Shown one piece after another: positions 44,660 through 60,439 of a stretch of DNA of 64,000 nucleotides. Under the pieces are notes generated by a model, which searched no databases, had not been told where the DNA came from, and worked only from the letters and a program-made list of their open reading frames with translations. The stretch comes from Eledone cirrhosa (taxonomy: Eukaryota), in assembly GCA_964016885.1 (NCBI GenBank), contig OZ024740.1:123194001-123258000 (forward strand), given 5' to 3'. The translations under genes were made by a program, and so were the position numbers. Every line of letters begins with the position of its first letter. Within the stretch, counting starts at the first letter, position 1.

Positions 44660-45750
44660 ATACTTGAGGAGGGTCATATTGCTATAATATTGCCAGAAAT
44701 AATACCAGAACTCACTCACTGTTTAATTTGGGTTGACTTTCGCTTCTGTATCTTTTATATCTCCATAGTTAATTTATTTGGCAATCAATGTTTGACCAAC
44801 GGTTAAAAATATATATAAATATATATATATAGTCTATCAAAGTTCTTTTGTAAGGCGTATGCGACATTATCAGTGTTACTATTATGTTTCCTCCCATTGT
44901 ATTGTAATGCCCATGCCATTTTTATTGTATTTATTTATTTATTCTTGTCTCTATCTCTGTGCCTGCGGTTGAGTGTGTGTTTAATGTTTGGTCTTTGTGT
45001 TCGCTTTTGAGTGTGTGTTTTTGTTTTTGTATTCTATCTTTGTTTACTAGTGTGTTTATATGTTTGTTGTTATTGAACTTGTGTATATATTTATTTATTT
45101 ATATTTCCCTTAAGTCGGTATTGTTTGTTTGGGTATTATTTTTGTTGTTATTCCATTCGTTCTTTCTGTTTAACTTCGTCTTCTTAGTTCTATGTCAGTT
45201 GCTTCTCTATACCTGTTGGGTCATTTCTACGTTTAGATATTATTTTAATTTGTATGTTGTCTATATTACCGTCATGTCTTTTTCTAGCGTGTTCATATAG
45301 TACTGAACCGTTTTTTGGCCATTTAGTTCTCCCCAGTGTTGGTCTATTCTTTCTCCCATGCTTCGAGCTGTCTCAGCTATGTAAGTCGTCATGTTTCTGA
45401 AAATACCCCTGTACATCTTATGCTATAGACTACATTTCTAGTTTTACAATTTATCTGGGGGATCGTTCTACATATAACACATTTCTTATTCGTACAGTGG
45501 GTTTTCTTAAAGGGGTATGTCTTGCTGATAAGGGATGTTATGGTAGTTCCTGGCTTTCCTACCACTTTGATCTTTAGATGGGTCTTTCTTAGGGCCTTTC
45601 TACAATACTTAGCTAATTTCCCTCCAGGGGTAGCATCCACTCTGTTGGCTCCTTTGTATACTCTCATTCTGTCTCTTTGGTTGTAGCCAGAGGACTGCAT
45701 GTGATTGATGAAGTGTTGGATGCGTCTTGCCATTTCAATTGGGTCGTCCA
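44655..45750 (-). mobile_element. Older, internally deleted copy of the 13692-17016 PLE family
   Basis: QHFINHMQSSGYNQRDR, VDATPGGKLA, HCTNKKCVIC and NVVYSIRC are near-identical to the long ORF; homologous 3' end. Confidence 0.92.
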
Positions 45751-46147
45751 TATACATTAACTCAGATTACATAGTCCAAATTTCACATGCAAGCTATTTG
45801 GTAACATTGAGGCTACAGTTGCAGACACTTGCTCTTGGGTGTATATATGAGAGAAATTATCGCAGATAAATCTATGGGTATGGAATACAGATTAAAATAC
45901 CTACAACTTCATCATCATTATCATCATCATCTATGTTTTCCATCCAATTTTCCGTGCTTGCATGGGTTGGACAGGTTCTTTCCAGCACAGCACCACTCCA
46001 CTCATGATCTGCTTCAATTATCTGTGGACACACACATGGCAACACATACAACCAACACATTTCAACAACTAAATATATATGCACACACACAAACACACAC
46101 ACACATACACGCACACAGAGACACGCACACACAACATAGAATGCTCT

Positions 46148-46300
46148 TAGAGGAGAAATTGAAACATCATGTGCAACAATCCCACTGGTCACGTTGGCTA
46201 ACATTTTCCAAGCAGTTGTTCACCATAGACATACATGTCAAGAAACTAACGGCCAACATGTTGAGCACCTCTTTAATTGTATAGACCAAAGGTAAGTTAT
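46148..46300 (+). mobile_element. Tc1/mariner-type transposase C-terminal remnant (paralogue at 8285-8347 minus)
   Basis: EIETSCATIPLVTLANIFQAVVHHRHTCQETNGQHVEHL. Confidence 0.65.
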
Positions 46301-49117
46301 ATTAATCTCCTGATGTCTCAATAAATTTAGTATTAACATATTTATACCATTTTTTTTCTTTTGCTGTAGTGTGTAAATATTTTATTGGCAGACTATGTGT
46401 GTGTGTGTATATACAAATCCTAAAATATGTCTAATAAGCAGGGTGATAATAGATTTCTTATCTTCTGGTAATGCAGGGGTTTTGATTTCATAACAGATAT
46501 ACTTTCCCCAAATAAAACAAGCAACAAATTGGATTATAAATATCACAAAGAAATGAATATCTTAAAAGTTGTTTGCCCAGTTCAAATTATTAAGTTTTCA
46601 CTTTTCATTCTTTTGAAATACTCAGTAATGTACTTTAAAAGCTGTAATTGTTTTAAGAAGAGGTTGATGACGGCAATCATTTTGTCTAAGATAGATCAAA
46701 TATTTCATTGGAAAGAAAATGACGTCTCATTAAATATGTTGTATTTCCATAATTTACACTTTGATGTCAGACTTACTATTAAAGTTAAACAGCTTCTTCA
46801 TAATTGTCTTAAAACCAGAGGCCAATTTCTGCTTCTTAGAAGATGCACAGTCATGAATTTTCGCCAAAATTACCCACATATAACATACTGATAATTCATC
46901 GAAAGCTGATTTTTATATAAACGTTTTTCTTTTTCCTTTTAAATAATTTCTAATTTCCTTATATAATATTGATCATTGTGGTGGTGATGGTGTTTGTGGT
47001 GTGGTGATTGTGGTGTGGGTTAATGTTGTTTCACTTCATATTTTCAGAGACAAAAAGTAACTTAGGCATGAGAATATACAGTAATCTACCATTATGTAAA
47101 ATATTGTTTTTTGTATCAAAAAGATTTGAGTTCAAATCTTGCCAGAGAGAGCATTACTTTTCCAGTTTCCCAGATATACAACAAAATGCACCAGTAATAT
47201 ATCCAGTTTAAACAAATTCACAGTATACATTAATCATACAACAGATGGTGTTGTGATTTTGAAAGAAGTTCTTATATGATGGAGGTCGTAGATAGAAGTA
47301 AATGTTGTTGAAAAAATAAATATATGTGAATTTGTTTATTGTTATATATTTTTTGTATTTGTTTTTCAAGTTTCTTGATGTGAAATCATGAGCAGAAATA
47401 CATATTGATGTACTTATGGTGGGTGGGGTGGGACATCAGCCAATAATAGCAGCCTCATTACTTTTTCAGTTCAGGTCTATTACCTATCAATAAGATAGCT
47501 AGCTAGTTAATTAACTTCTTCATAATTTAATGAATTGTTTAATCTGTTTATGAGAGGTCTTTTGCCACAGCATTTGACCTTATTGATGCTGTTGTGTTCT
47601 TCATACACTGCCTCTTCACCAGCAGCCTGTTTTCTATTTTTGTCATGAATAAATACCAGTACATATTTAAAATAGAAAGCAATCATCATCATCATCATCA
47701 TCATCATTTAACATCCTCTTTTTTGGTAGAGTTGGAGGAGTCATCACAAAACATGTCAGTATCCAATCAGGGCAATTAGTTTTGCACTATACATTTTATC
47801 ATGTCACCAGCACTAGGAAGCTGGGCATGATTTTTGAACAACTAAAAAGTCCTCCCTGATCATTTTAGCCTGGTTTATATAGCTGGATACTCGTCCTATC
47901 ATCTGCTACCTAACAGGGAACACTAGGTACAATTTCCATGCTACAAGCACAAAACAGGATGTCCCATTGAGACTGAAAGGTTCTCTCATAGTTTCTATGA
48001 CTAGGAGCCTTTTCCGACACCAATATAATTAGTAAATATGCACTATGACAATCTGTTTATATCGACATATGGCTTCAATTGTTTAAGACTAAATATTTGA
48101 ATACCAAATTTGAACCTTTGAATGCTTGATGATTAAAATAGAAACAAATTGATATGGAAATGGTAGAAGTATTTAGGAAATAATTCAATGAAAGTAGGCT
48201 AGGATAAAGGGTTTAATGTAGGATGTTGTGAGTATTTGAATAAGAGTGACACTGAACTACTGAAAATTGATTCCACAAAATGAATTTATTTTTGATTAGC
48301 TTAAATTTCTTTTTCTAACAAATGGAAACGAAAATGTCATCGATTGATTTGATTGACATTCAGCTTAGGAGTCTGGGAAGATTATAACTTTGTGTTGCTA
48401 CAGCATATTCCTAAATATCAGATTTGCTTTATTCAGATTCTGACAAAAAATGTAAAGGTATATATATAATGTAAAACGAAAAATCAGTGATGCATCTGAA
48501 CTCAATTTATTGTGTGTTACAACTGTTTCACCGGCAGACAGCTTGAGACATGAATTATTGTATGGATATGTGTGATTCTGGACCTGCAGGTTCGTCGGAC
48601 ACTTGCAATAATTTTGGATCAAATTTTCTCGCTGGTGTCAAAAAACATCTTCCTCACTTGTTGGCTGTTGTTTTTCTACGTCATCATAAATTCTGTGTAT
48701 GTGAGTGTGTGTGTATATATATATATGTATATGTGTGTAGTGAGTGCACGAGTGGACTTGTGAAATACCAAACCCAGCATGGATTCATTGAAATGTGTCA
48801 GGCAGAGGGACAGCCATCAGACACACATATATATATATATTATTAAAAAGAGGGATGGTTTTATTTATACATTCCCAGTTTACTATATAATATTGTTATG
48901 TGCATTTTGAAGACATCAAAATGATTGCATAATAATCCTTTGATGTGTTATCATCAGACATGTGTGAAGGTGTAATATTTTTTGTGTTTTGATATGCTCG
49001 CCATAGTTTGGTAACACAATGATAACAGTCTGGCAACAAGCAAGCATATGGTATACATAATGGTGGTTGTAGGCAAGCAAGGTGTAGGAAATATTACTCT
49101 ATGTTATTATTCTGCTA

Positions 49118-49340
49118 GGGCGATGGATTGGCAGTATTGGTAGAGTGTCAGACATCATGCTTTGTAGCATAGAGTTACGGCCCTTTATGATCTGAGTTCA
49201 AATCCCGCCGAGGTTAACTTTGCCTTTCAACTGTACGGGGTTCGATAAAATAAGGTACCAGTCACGCACTGGGGTAGATTTAATCGACTTTACCCGCCCC
49301 TAAAATTGCTGGCATTGTGCCTATATAAGAAACCATTATT
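49118..49340 (+). mobile_element. SINE family 1
   Basis: Shared consensus; possible target-site duplication TTATTCTGCTAGGG on both sides. Confidence 0.85.
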
Positions 49341-49556
49341 CTGCTAGGGTAAGTCACTGGACTAAGGTGTCAAATTACTTGGTAAAAGTTGGTTGCTACG
49401 ATTTACATGGATTAAAGTATTAGGCTGGTGTATATTGGGGTAACTGTGTGTGTATTGTGTCAATGGGGGGAGTATATAGAAATTTCTGTGACTGTGTGTT
49501 CTAGGTTTAAGAAACGATGTGTGAATCCATGTGCTCACACTCACACAAGCACATGC

Positions 49557-49608
<52 letters not shown>

Positions 49609-50881
49609 TCCTAGACAATACATGCATGCTCACATAGATGCATAGATATATATAAAAAGAATATATATATATACATGTGTATATCATAATTCAAAACATT
49701 GATATGTGAAGGTTATATCAAGCAATGTTGTGGATGGAGATTTGTATAGCCCATTTTTACACACAAACTTCAAGCATGTGAATTCAGGTAGACCATGCAT
49801 CATGCTTATATTGCAGACGTATTAGTTACAGGTATTCTCGAGTTTGGATATTCTTCACTGAGACTGTATATACATTTTGGCAGTTACTCATTTAGCTGAC
49901 TAATGAATCAAGATGGAAAATGTTAGACTAATCGATGTATTATAGGAGGGGTAGTATATCTGGAAGGGCTGGGCAGTTGTATAGAAAGTGATTCAGGTAT
50001 ATCAATATAATTATGCATGAGAAGGTTTTGAAGTAAGGTAATTATGTTCAAAAGTGGGGTACATGTCATTGTGTAAGGACCAGTCTAACAATAGATTCTA
50101 AGGAAAGTTTTAGATATGTTATGCCTACAAGAATTGAAGAGGTTCACACATTTGTTTATTACCTTGGGTCTACTATAAATAATGTGTAGTGTTTTGGTGG
50201 TGCAAAGATCACAACTATGCAAAAAAGATCAACTCACATACAGTGGCACTACTGTTGTGAGCTTAGACTATGACAGATGGTATAGTACTCAATTCTGCTT
50301 AAGCTTCCATATAAGCTCCGATCGTACCTTATGCAAAATAAATGCCTCCATAGAAATATAATACGTGAGTGTAGGGTTACCAATAGCAAAGGCCAAGGGA
50401 AGGCAAAATAAGCAGAAAAAAGATAAAGAAAATATGGGCTATATATTCTCTTTAACACATTTCTTTATATAAAATGGAATTAACACTCAACATTCCATTC
50501 ATGGTAAAACAATAATTTAAAACTCTCATCAACCATTTACATGTTGTTTAGTTTTTATTATGAAATGTATTCTCCAAAGAGAAATTAAAACTCATACAAA
50601 ACAATTAATTTTAAGATGATGTTTTCAATTAGTTTTAATAATCGACCAAATAAATATTTTAAATAAAGATTTTAAATTGCATAAATACAAAGATAAGAGA
50701 AAAAAGCCTTTTAATTTTTAATGAAATATATGAAATATATTGCAAGCTACATTTCTTTCCCTTTTACAAATTATTTACATTAATTTGGCTTTTAATAATG
50801 TTTCTAAATACTTTCTAATATATTTTGATCACTGGAATTCCTGGAACATATATTATAAGGCAACCCCCAGTTAACATTGCT

Positions 50882-51170
50882 ATAATTATTATTATTATTA
50901 TTATTATTATTGTTCTTTGGGTCTCAGTCATTGATGTTATTTAACTGGAAAGTTTGTTGAAATGAATATCAAGCCGCTACCTGCAGCCTCAGATATTCTG
51001 GACGTATCGGAGGGTTCTTGCTGTTCCCAGCAAGCATGCCTTTTGAAGTGTTCCAAAAAGCGGGGCTGGACTAATTTTCTTTAACCATCCTTGGAAACTT
51101 TCTGAGATAGTATCAAGTGCTCCTATGAAAATCGGGATGACCTTGATTTCATGGCAGTTCCAAATCCTTT
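50882..51170 (-). mobile_element. R4/Dong-like non-LTR element 3' end (restriction-like endonuclease type) with (TAA)n tail
   Basis: RIWNCHEIKVIPIFIGALDTI..LQKACLLGTARTLRYV. Confidence 0.7.
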
Positions 51171-51445
51171 CGGTATAGAGTCAGACACCATGCTTTGAAA
51201 CATAGAGTTATGTCCCTTTATGATCTGAGTTCAAATCCCGCCGAGGTTAACTTTGCCTTTCATCCTTACGGGGTCGATAAAATAAAGTACCAGTAATACA
51301 CTGGGTAATTGCTGGCCTTGTGCCAACAGTAGAAACAATTATTATTATTATTATTAAGCCCAGCAATTACCCAGTAAAGTACCAGTCATGTACTGAAGAA
51401 TTTGCTGGCCTTGTGCCAAAAGTAGAAACAATTATTATTATTATT
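51170..51445 (+). mobile_element. SINE family 1 with a duplicated 3' part
   Basis: Consensus match; 3' portion repeated at about 51375-51445. Confidence 0.85.
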
Positions 51446-52632
51446 ACTTTCACACCGAACACCACCACCATTATTACTATTACTATTATTATTATTAGCA
51501 TTACTATTATCATTATTATTATTGAAAAAAAGAAAAATTCATCAAGATGGTTATATATATTTAACAAAAAAGTAAAGATTTAAGAACACAATATGTGTAT
51601 ACGATATCAATTTTAATTGAATGAATATACTAAGTGTTGTTCATAGCAAAAAATAAATAATATATATTACTTGCCTCACCTACTCACACGTGCTTTTGCA
51701 GCAATTTATATGGCAAAACTAATTAAACAATTACACTGTTGCTATTGCTTTTATGCATTGAGGTCATTTTTGTTCACTGATAAGCTGAGGGAACAGCTAG
51801 GATAACGAACAAGATATTATTAATATTAATTTCCATAATTGAAGAAATGTGAAATGGAAAGAGAATTCAGAATGCTATTGTTCAGAAAAATCTAAGATGA
51901 CTTCATATAGATAAAAAAAAAAAATTTGTTACACACACATTCCTTGTAAAATCTTGGTGCATATTTGGGTGCATGAGTGTATGTATTTAAATATCTATTT
52001 GATGTTTATATGTATATATTTAATATATTGGTAGAGTTATTAGGACACTGAACAGAATGCTTTGGGGTATTTTTTTTACTCTCTGCAATCCGAGTTCAAA
52101 TCTCGCCATGGTCAATGTCGCTTTTTATCATTCCAATTACCAGTCCTCTGATTGAAAGTGTCTCTGTACAGACCTGGAGAGGAGATGGGCTCTGCCAGAT
52201 TTTAAAAATGCCCAGAAACACCTTATGTCATTACAGCACACCTACAACTCCTAAGATCACAGAGTAGACTCTCCTATGCTAAATATGGAGAAAGGAAATT
52301 CTTCAATTAACTGAGGGTATTCTCACTAAAGGGATGTTGAAATCTACAAACTGCAAGCAAGAGAGATAAATCTGTTTCGAAAAATTTTAATGAGAGGTGC
52401 TGAAAGCAATGGCAAGCTTTTGATCTTGATAGATCCCTTTAGGAAATCATATTCACTTAGATGTTGGCCTGAATAAAATAATCAAGTTATATATACAAAA
52501 CTATAGAGAAATACTTAGCATGTGAGAGTCAAATGTACATATACTTCATACAGAATGCTTCTCTTAAGTAGGTTTGCGTTAATTGGTAGTTGACATACAT
52601 AAACAGCATACAATTCCTCTCCTTTTCCCTAT

Positions 52633-52932
52633 ATCATCATCATCATCATCATCATCGTTTAACGTCCATCTTCCACGCTTGCATGGGTTTGGACGGGAGT
52701 TTTCCCACTTGAGGCAAGAGTGGTTGTCTCGCTCGCATAGGACTGTCTGGAGGGTTTTCTACGGCTGGATGCTCTTCCTAACACCAACCACGTTTACAGT
52801 GTGGGCTGGGAGGTTTTTATCGTGTTATCTACACGGCCACATTACAGCGTGGACTGTGTGTTTTTTTTGTCATGACACCTACACGACCTCATTTGTTTCG
52901 GACTGGATGTTGTGGTACCAACATAACTTTAC
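52633..52932 (-). mobile_element. RTE family A 3' UTR fragment
   Basis: Matches 56800-57085; CAT-repeat tail. Confidence 0.85.
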
Positions 52933-52936
52933 ATTG

Positions 52937-52968
<32 letters not shown>

Positions 52969-53156
52969 GACAATTGTACTCAAGCTATATAATGAGATCT
53001 ACAATAGTTGTTAGAGTGGTGACATTATAGTAGGGAATTTTCATTAATGGAGGTGGTGTTGGTTGGTGGTGTGGCTATGTGTGTATGTGTGAGCAATTGT
53101 ATGTGTGTGTATTTATTAGGGTTTACATATTTTAAGGAATTATATGTGTCCCCATG

Positions 53157-53555
53157 CGGCAAATGGTGGATTGGCAGTATCAGTAGAGTGTCAGACACCA
53201 TGCTTTGCAGCATAGAGTTGTGGCCCATTACGTTCTGATATAAAATCCTGCCGCGGTTAACGTTGCTTTTCATGCTTACGGGGTCAATAGAATAAAGTAC
53301 CAGTAGTGCACTGGGATAATTGCTGGCCTTGTGTCAAATGTAGAAACAATTATTCAATAAAGATATAATTGTTTCTACTTTTGGCACAAGGCCAGCAGTT
53401 ACCCAGTGCAGTACGGGTACTTTATTTTATCCAACCCCTTAAGGATGAAAGGCAAAGTTAACCCCGGCGGGATTTCTACTCAGACCGTAAAGGGACGTAA
53501 CTATGCTGGAAAGTATGGCATCCGACTTTCTACCGATACTGCCAATCCACTGCCT
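53157..53555. mobile_element. Two SINE family 1 copies tail-to-tail (53157-53354 plus, 53367-53555 minus)
   Basis: Consensus matches in opposite orientation about 12 nt apart. Confidence 0.85.
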
Positions 53556-54906
53556 TAAGATATAATAATAGTAAATTTAGAGAATCAATCAAGAAATATA
53601 TTCCAATATCTTACCTGAACAAAATATTTTTCCTAATATATGTTAGGTTTTCTTTGGTGCCGCAAAGTTTCCATGGATTCAGATAGTAATAACATTATGA
53701 ATAATACTGAATGGCTGATAGGAAAGTTCTAATGCATAAGTCCAGATACCAAATTATGAATATCGAATGGAAAAATCACATTGTAGTATGCAAATCAGAA
53801 AGTTGGTAGATCAGAAGGCAAATGTTTAGCTTATGAGTTTTAGACTTTAAAGATACACAATCTTGGAATGTGCAATGCCAAAACAAAATGCAAATATAGT
53901 AATCTATGTAATCTGTGTAACTAAGGATTTTAAACTTAAAGCATTCACCTGTTGCCCTTGAAAGGAAATTAGACAGCTCCCTCTTATGTAGAGATAGTTT
54001 GCTTTCTAGGATTCCTATGTGTTTTAATGATAGAGGCACTAATTTTATCACTAAAAGCAATGTGAAATTAATAAACTTACTCAAGTGTACAACACACCAC
54101 CATATCCATGAATCAAATTCAGGATCATATGATCCTCAGTCCAACAGCCAAGCAACTAGGCCATGCATTTTCAGGCTAATGCACTTAAATACACATTAAC
54201 AGGGAACATGATAGATGCCACTGTTATATATAAAACTGCTTTATTGTAAATTTCAAGGTATCATAGATATGCAGGTTTTTATACCTACTCTATTGTTCAG
54301 ACTCTTTCAGGTCACTGGATAGGTGTAAAGCTAGTTCACACTACTGCAACTTTGGAGCAGTAAACGCATAGACCAAACGCATAATGATGTAAAGAGTGGC
54401 CGGTGGATGAAAGAAGATTGAAAAAGCATAAAAGGATATCAAAGAAAGAAAATGGAAGATATCAGCATATGTTTAGGAACATCTATGGTCTCTTAAGACT
54501 TCTATGTGTGTGTATTTGCATGTGTGTTTATTAGTTAGGGTGTTTGGCTCATGGTTGTAAGATTTTTCATTCAATTCCTAGTAGCAGGTTGTGCCTTTGA
54601 ACAAGACAATATATTTCACATTACTACACTCTGCTCAACTGGAAAAAAATGAGTTGTACCTATAATTGAAAGGGTTGGTTTTGTCTCACACTTTGCCATT
54701 CTGAATCTCCCTGAAAATAAAATAAGAGGATATATTTGTAAGGGGTTTATTATTTTCACAAGAACGAACAGTTATCATGGAATCAATAGAGATCCAAAAG
54801 CAAGAATAAGTGAGAGATTAAGAACTATTTAATACATTTTTCTTGATTGAGCTCAGCTAGAGAACTGTGTGTATTTACAATAGAAGATTAGCTAGTTATA
54901 AGTCCC

Positions 54907-54955
<49 letters not shown>

Positions 54956-55817
54956 CCCCACCCACACCCACATACACATATATATGCATATAATTAGCAC
55001 TCGTATTTGTAGTTAGTTAATATACATATTAAGAAGTGCGCCAGTATTCAACATTTATGATAAAGTTATATTTTTATACATACAGAGTGGGTAACCGAGA
55101 CTGCACAAATTTGTAGATAAATAAACATATGTTTGATATGTAGGAATGTGACCATGCCAGAGAGTATGAATTTCCCTATCAAATGAAAAATATGATATAC
55201 ACATTTAATCGATTTTCAGTCCTAGTTGGGCCATCCTGAAAATGTGTGTATGTATATATATATGTGTATATATTGTGTGTATATAAAATTGCCTCTTGTG
55301 TTTTGTTTGTTTTATTTATTAACTATATATATATATATGTATACATATATAAAGGTATATATAATATTACACAGGCAATAAACATGTTCAAAGAGATATC
55401 GACCTATCAAAGAGTGCAAAGATTTAAAGACTAACCATTTTCCGTGTTAAGGAAGATATCACTTGTACTTTAGAAGAAACTTAGAATGCTATTGTTGGAA
55501 TTGTGTCAGATTGCAAAAGGTTTCAAGCAATACATTCTTTGTGGTGTGGACTTTTTTTCTTTCTTTGATATATTAACTTCATAAAATCAATACAATTGAA
55601 CTGAAGAGAACAACCATATGATGTAGACAATATATTGCAAAAGTAATTAGACAAATACAGTGGAAGTTTCTGTTGAGGATTATATTTTCTCTAAGTAAGA
55701 TGTGCATTTAAGTAAATGGAAATGAGAAATACAATGTACAAGCATTTCGTGTGATGTGCATCTGTATATTTTTGTTCATATACTTCTGAACCAGATGTAT
55801 AGGTAAAAAAGAGTTGC

Positions 55818-57120
<1,303 letters not shown>

Positions 57121-58084
57121 TTGGCTACCTACGAAGTCATCTACTCTCTTCCTCTCTCTTACTATATTATTAGTGTTGTTGTATTCACTGCTATCGGTTT
57201 ATTTTGCCATGACGGCGACCCTCTCTCTATGATGGCTACCCTCTTTTATCTCTCTCTCTATATATGAGGGCTACCCTCTCTCTCTCTCCCTCTCTCTATC
57301 TATCTCGAAGCCACCTATCACCTCCCTTTCCCTCTCACCCAATCCTTCCTCACTCTTGATGTTCTTGAAGAGATAAGACACACTTGACTCTGAAAGGCTA
57401 AAATGAATCACTAGAGCTGCTTAACCACGTTCCAGCCATCCATCCATTCAATCTTCCAGGTATCCCTCTATTTCCCCAATTGCAAATGTTCTGCTCACCC
57501 AATTATTGCTGTATTTATCACTTCACTAGCTTCCACAACACGTTTATTTTTACCCTCATTTTCTCTACCATGCTGCCTCTCTACGAAGTCATCTACTCCC
57601 CTCCTCTCTCTACACTATTATTAGTTTTGTTTTATTTATCAGTTCACTTTCTCTTCAAAGTTATCTACTCCTATCCGTCTATTTTGCCATGAGATGCTAC
57701 AGGCCATGATTTGGCGACCTACCTCACAATTTCCCTCCTACCCATCCCCTCGCACCACCATAGGCTTTCGACCAATCAAACCTCAGTATGCCCCTCTCAC
57801 CAACTACCAACCCCAACAAATCCTGCCATTTCTACTACTACCTACCCCTCTCCTACCCCGTCCCAGCCCAACACACCCTTCCATTATTACCACCACCGCT
57901 GTTCTAGCCCTGAATTTTCCTACCGTTATGTATGGATGAGCTGAGAATAAATGGAGCAACCCTGAATTAATAAATGAAAATTAATATGAATGCGCGAGCT
58001 ACCAATCACCCATGTGAAGCCTCAATTCAGAGACAAGAAGCACACGCACACCCCTGCAAAATCGACCCTTCCCCACGAATGTTG

Positions 58085-58962
58085 ACAAATGCCCCAAACT
58101 CCGAGTTGGTACCATCAATGTAAGCACAATGAAAGGAAGAGCAGGAGAAATCGTAGAGATGCTAGACCGAAAGGAAATTGATGTATGCAGTGTGCAAGAG
58201 ACTAGATGGAGAGGAGAGTCTGCTAGAGTCCTTGTAGGAAAAATCAGTGCTACACATTTTTCTGGGTGGGAAATGACGATGGGATGGGTGGTGTAGGTAT
58301 TCTACTAGCTGACAAGTGGGTAGATAAAGTAATCTCAGTGAACAGGGTAAATGCAAGAATCATTAAACTCAGACTAGTCCTGAATAAAACAATTACCACA
58401 ATAATATCAGCTTACGCACCCCAGTCGGGGTTGCCAGACGAACTTGATGATAGGTTTTACGAGTCCCTAATGCACACTACTGCTGTAATAAACGACAATG
58501 ACTTCCTAATCATCGCAGGAGAGATTTTAACGGACACGTAGGTAAACACTCTGACGGCTTCAATAGAGTCCATGGAGGCCACGGGGTTGGCACAAGAAAT
58601 GAAGAAGGATTCCGACTTCTAGAATTCTGCGACGCCAATGACATGTCGATATGTAACACAAACTTCAAAAAACCCGACAACCACCTGATCACCTATAGAT
58701 CAGGGGAGCATTCTAGTCAGATACATTTTATCCTCACCAGAGGACGTGACAGATGACGGTTGTAAACCCAAAAGCCTTCCCTAGTGAGGAATGTACCTCC
58801 CAACATAGTTTAGTTGTCAGCGACCTCACGGTCAGAACTAGACGAACCTGGAAAAAGAGGCCAACCTGGAGAAGAAAGATCTGGAAGCTGAAAGACCCCT
58901 CAGCCAGTAACAGATTTAAAGATATTTTACTCAACGCCTTCCTTGAGAGCTTGGAAAAATAA
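58085..58962 (+). mobile_element. RTE LINE endonuclease fragment
   Basis: RVGTINVSTMKGR, VQETRW, ISAYAPQ, RLLEFCDAN, SQHSLVV; frameshifted. Confidence 0.9.
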
Positions 58963-59534
58963 ATTTCACCTCTTTCCGTAAACGAAATTGCTCGGAGCGG
59001 ATTTTGCCCCGGGCTCGCCGCGCCGCCTGTTTTGGCCTCCATATTATATTTATCCCTATAAACTCAAGGCTTAGGCATAACTGTTAGCTGTATCATGCCT
59101 CTACTGGCACGTAAATAAACCCGTCATGTGTGAATTAATAGTATTCGTTTGGTATTTACGATGGCCTGTCGAAATTGTAGACTTCCCGCAAGCACACCCG
59201 GGCCCTAGCATAGATACGTTCCTAGAGTACTCGGAAAAATTAATTTCCATTTCTTTCGCTGGACGATACCACTCGGAACTGTCTCACACGTGGTTAGTAG
59301 GTGCTGGCTGGGATTCACAATCGAAGGCTTTAATCTTTACTCTATTATCCCACCCTGATATCTTATCGATAATAACTTTCTCATATAAGATTCTCTCTGT
59401 AGGTTCATTAAATAAATTGTTTTATTTATTTTCCAATTTTAAATTTATTATTTTTTAATTGAATTTCATCCTATAACTCGTAACATAAGTTTAACGTTCC
59501 AATTTTCTGTTCACACAGACCATACATACACCCA

Positions 59535-59703
59535 GCAGAGGCTCGGACGCCATGCTTTGACGCATAGAGTTACAGCCCTTGCCATTCTGAGTTCAAATCT
59601 CGCCGAGGTTAACTTTGCCTTTCATCCTTACGGGGTCGATAAAATAAAGTACCAGTAATACACTGAGTTATTGCAGACCTGTGCCAACAAGTAGAAACAA
59701 TTA
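59535..59703 (+). mobile_element. SINE family 1
   Basis: Consensus match. Confidence 0.85.
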
Positions 59704-60019
59704 TATATGCCTTTGTTAAAATATAGATTCTTTAGAATAACATTTTTCGCGGCGTTTTCTAGCTTGACTGTAGTGTCATCCTTACGCTGACTTCTTTATT
59801 TTTCTTCTTTCTTTCATTCTTCCCCTTTTCTATTCTTTGGCAGAGAGGTGGTAGTACATTATAAGCCTTCGCCCCCTCGACAGATGGTCATTAGCAGAAC
59901 GAGTAACCATCAATTTGAGGGCGACTGGCCGAGGTGAAAGCAGCTAGTTGGTCAGTGGTCCTCTTTGTCACTGATTTTTCGGACCCATGGTTTTTACATA
60001 TTCCTTTGTTATATTTCGA

Positions 60020-60077
60020 ATACCTGATGAAATCACCGGATTCATATGGAACTCGGTCATTGGAATGATCATAGTAT
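60020..60077 (+). ncRNA. Type I hammerhead motif (GAAA changed to GGAA) near a (TA)n-abutting end
   Basis: atac-CTGATGA-aat-c-accg..cggt-c-att-GGAA-tgatca-TA-gtat; palindromic stem III. Confidence 0.72.
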
Positions 60078-60116
60078 AATAAACCTTTCAAGGATTTACA
60101 CCAGTCCAGCCTCCTG

Positions 60117-60170
<54 letters not shown>

Positions 60171-60439
60171 TTTTCTCGGGATCACCAATTATAACAGGAC
60201 ACTGGGTTGTTGTACAATATTTATTTACGAAGATTGATCTGAGTAGAGCTGAATAGCTGACATGCCAAGAGAGATGAAACAACGAATTAAGGAATTCAGG
60301 AGGCACGGTCTACTGGCGGAAATGTTGCCAGGCCGTGGTTAAGTTGTTGTGTTACATTTTGGTTAGTGGGTTCACGACGAAAGAAAGTTAGGTGTTTACC
60401 TTTTCACAGTCAGGAAGCGAGAGAAAATAGAGTTTCTAC

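Noticed and set aside
46529-48850. Short ORFs in the less repetitive region as host exons
   Set aside because: No recognisable domain, no consistent splice pattern, in-frame stops; small exons cannot be excluded without RNA data
48895-48963. Minus-strand CTGATGA with a long hairpin next to (TA)n
   Set aside because: GAAA and stem III too degenerate to call; possibly a decayed HHR
50249-53960. Minus-strand donor-like sites (AAG/GTACGA at about 50337, CAG/GTAAGA at about 53614)
   Set aside because: Upstream frames I checked contain nearby stops and give no recognisable protein
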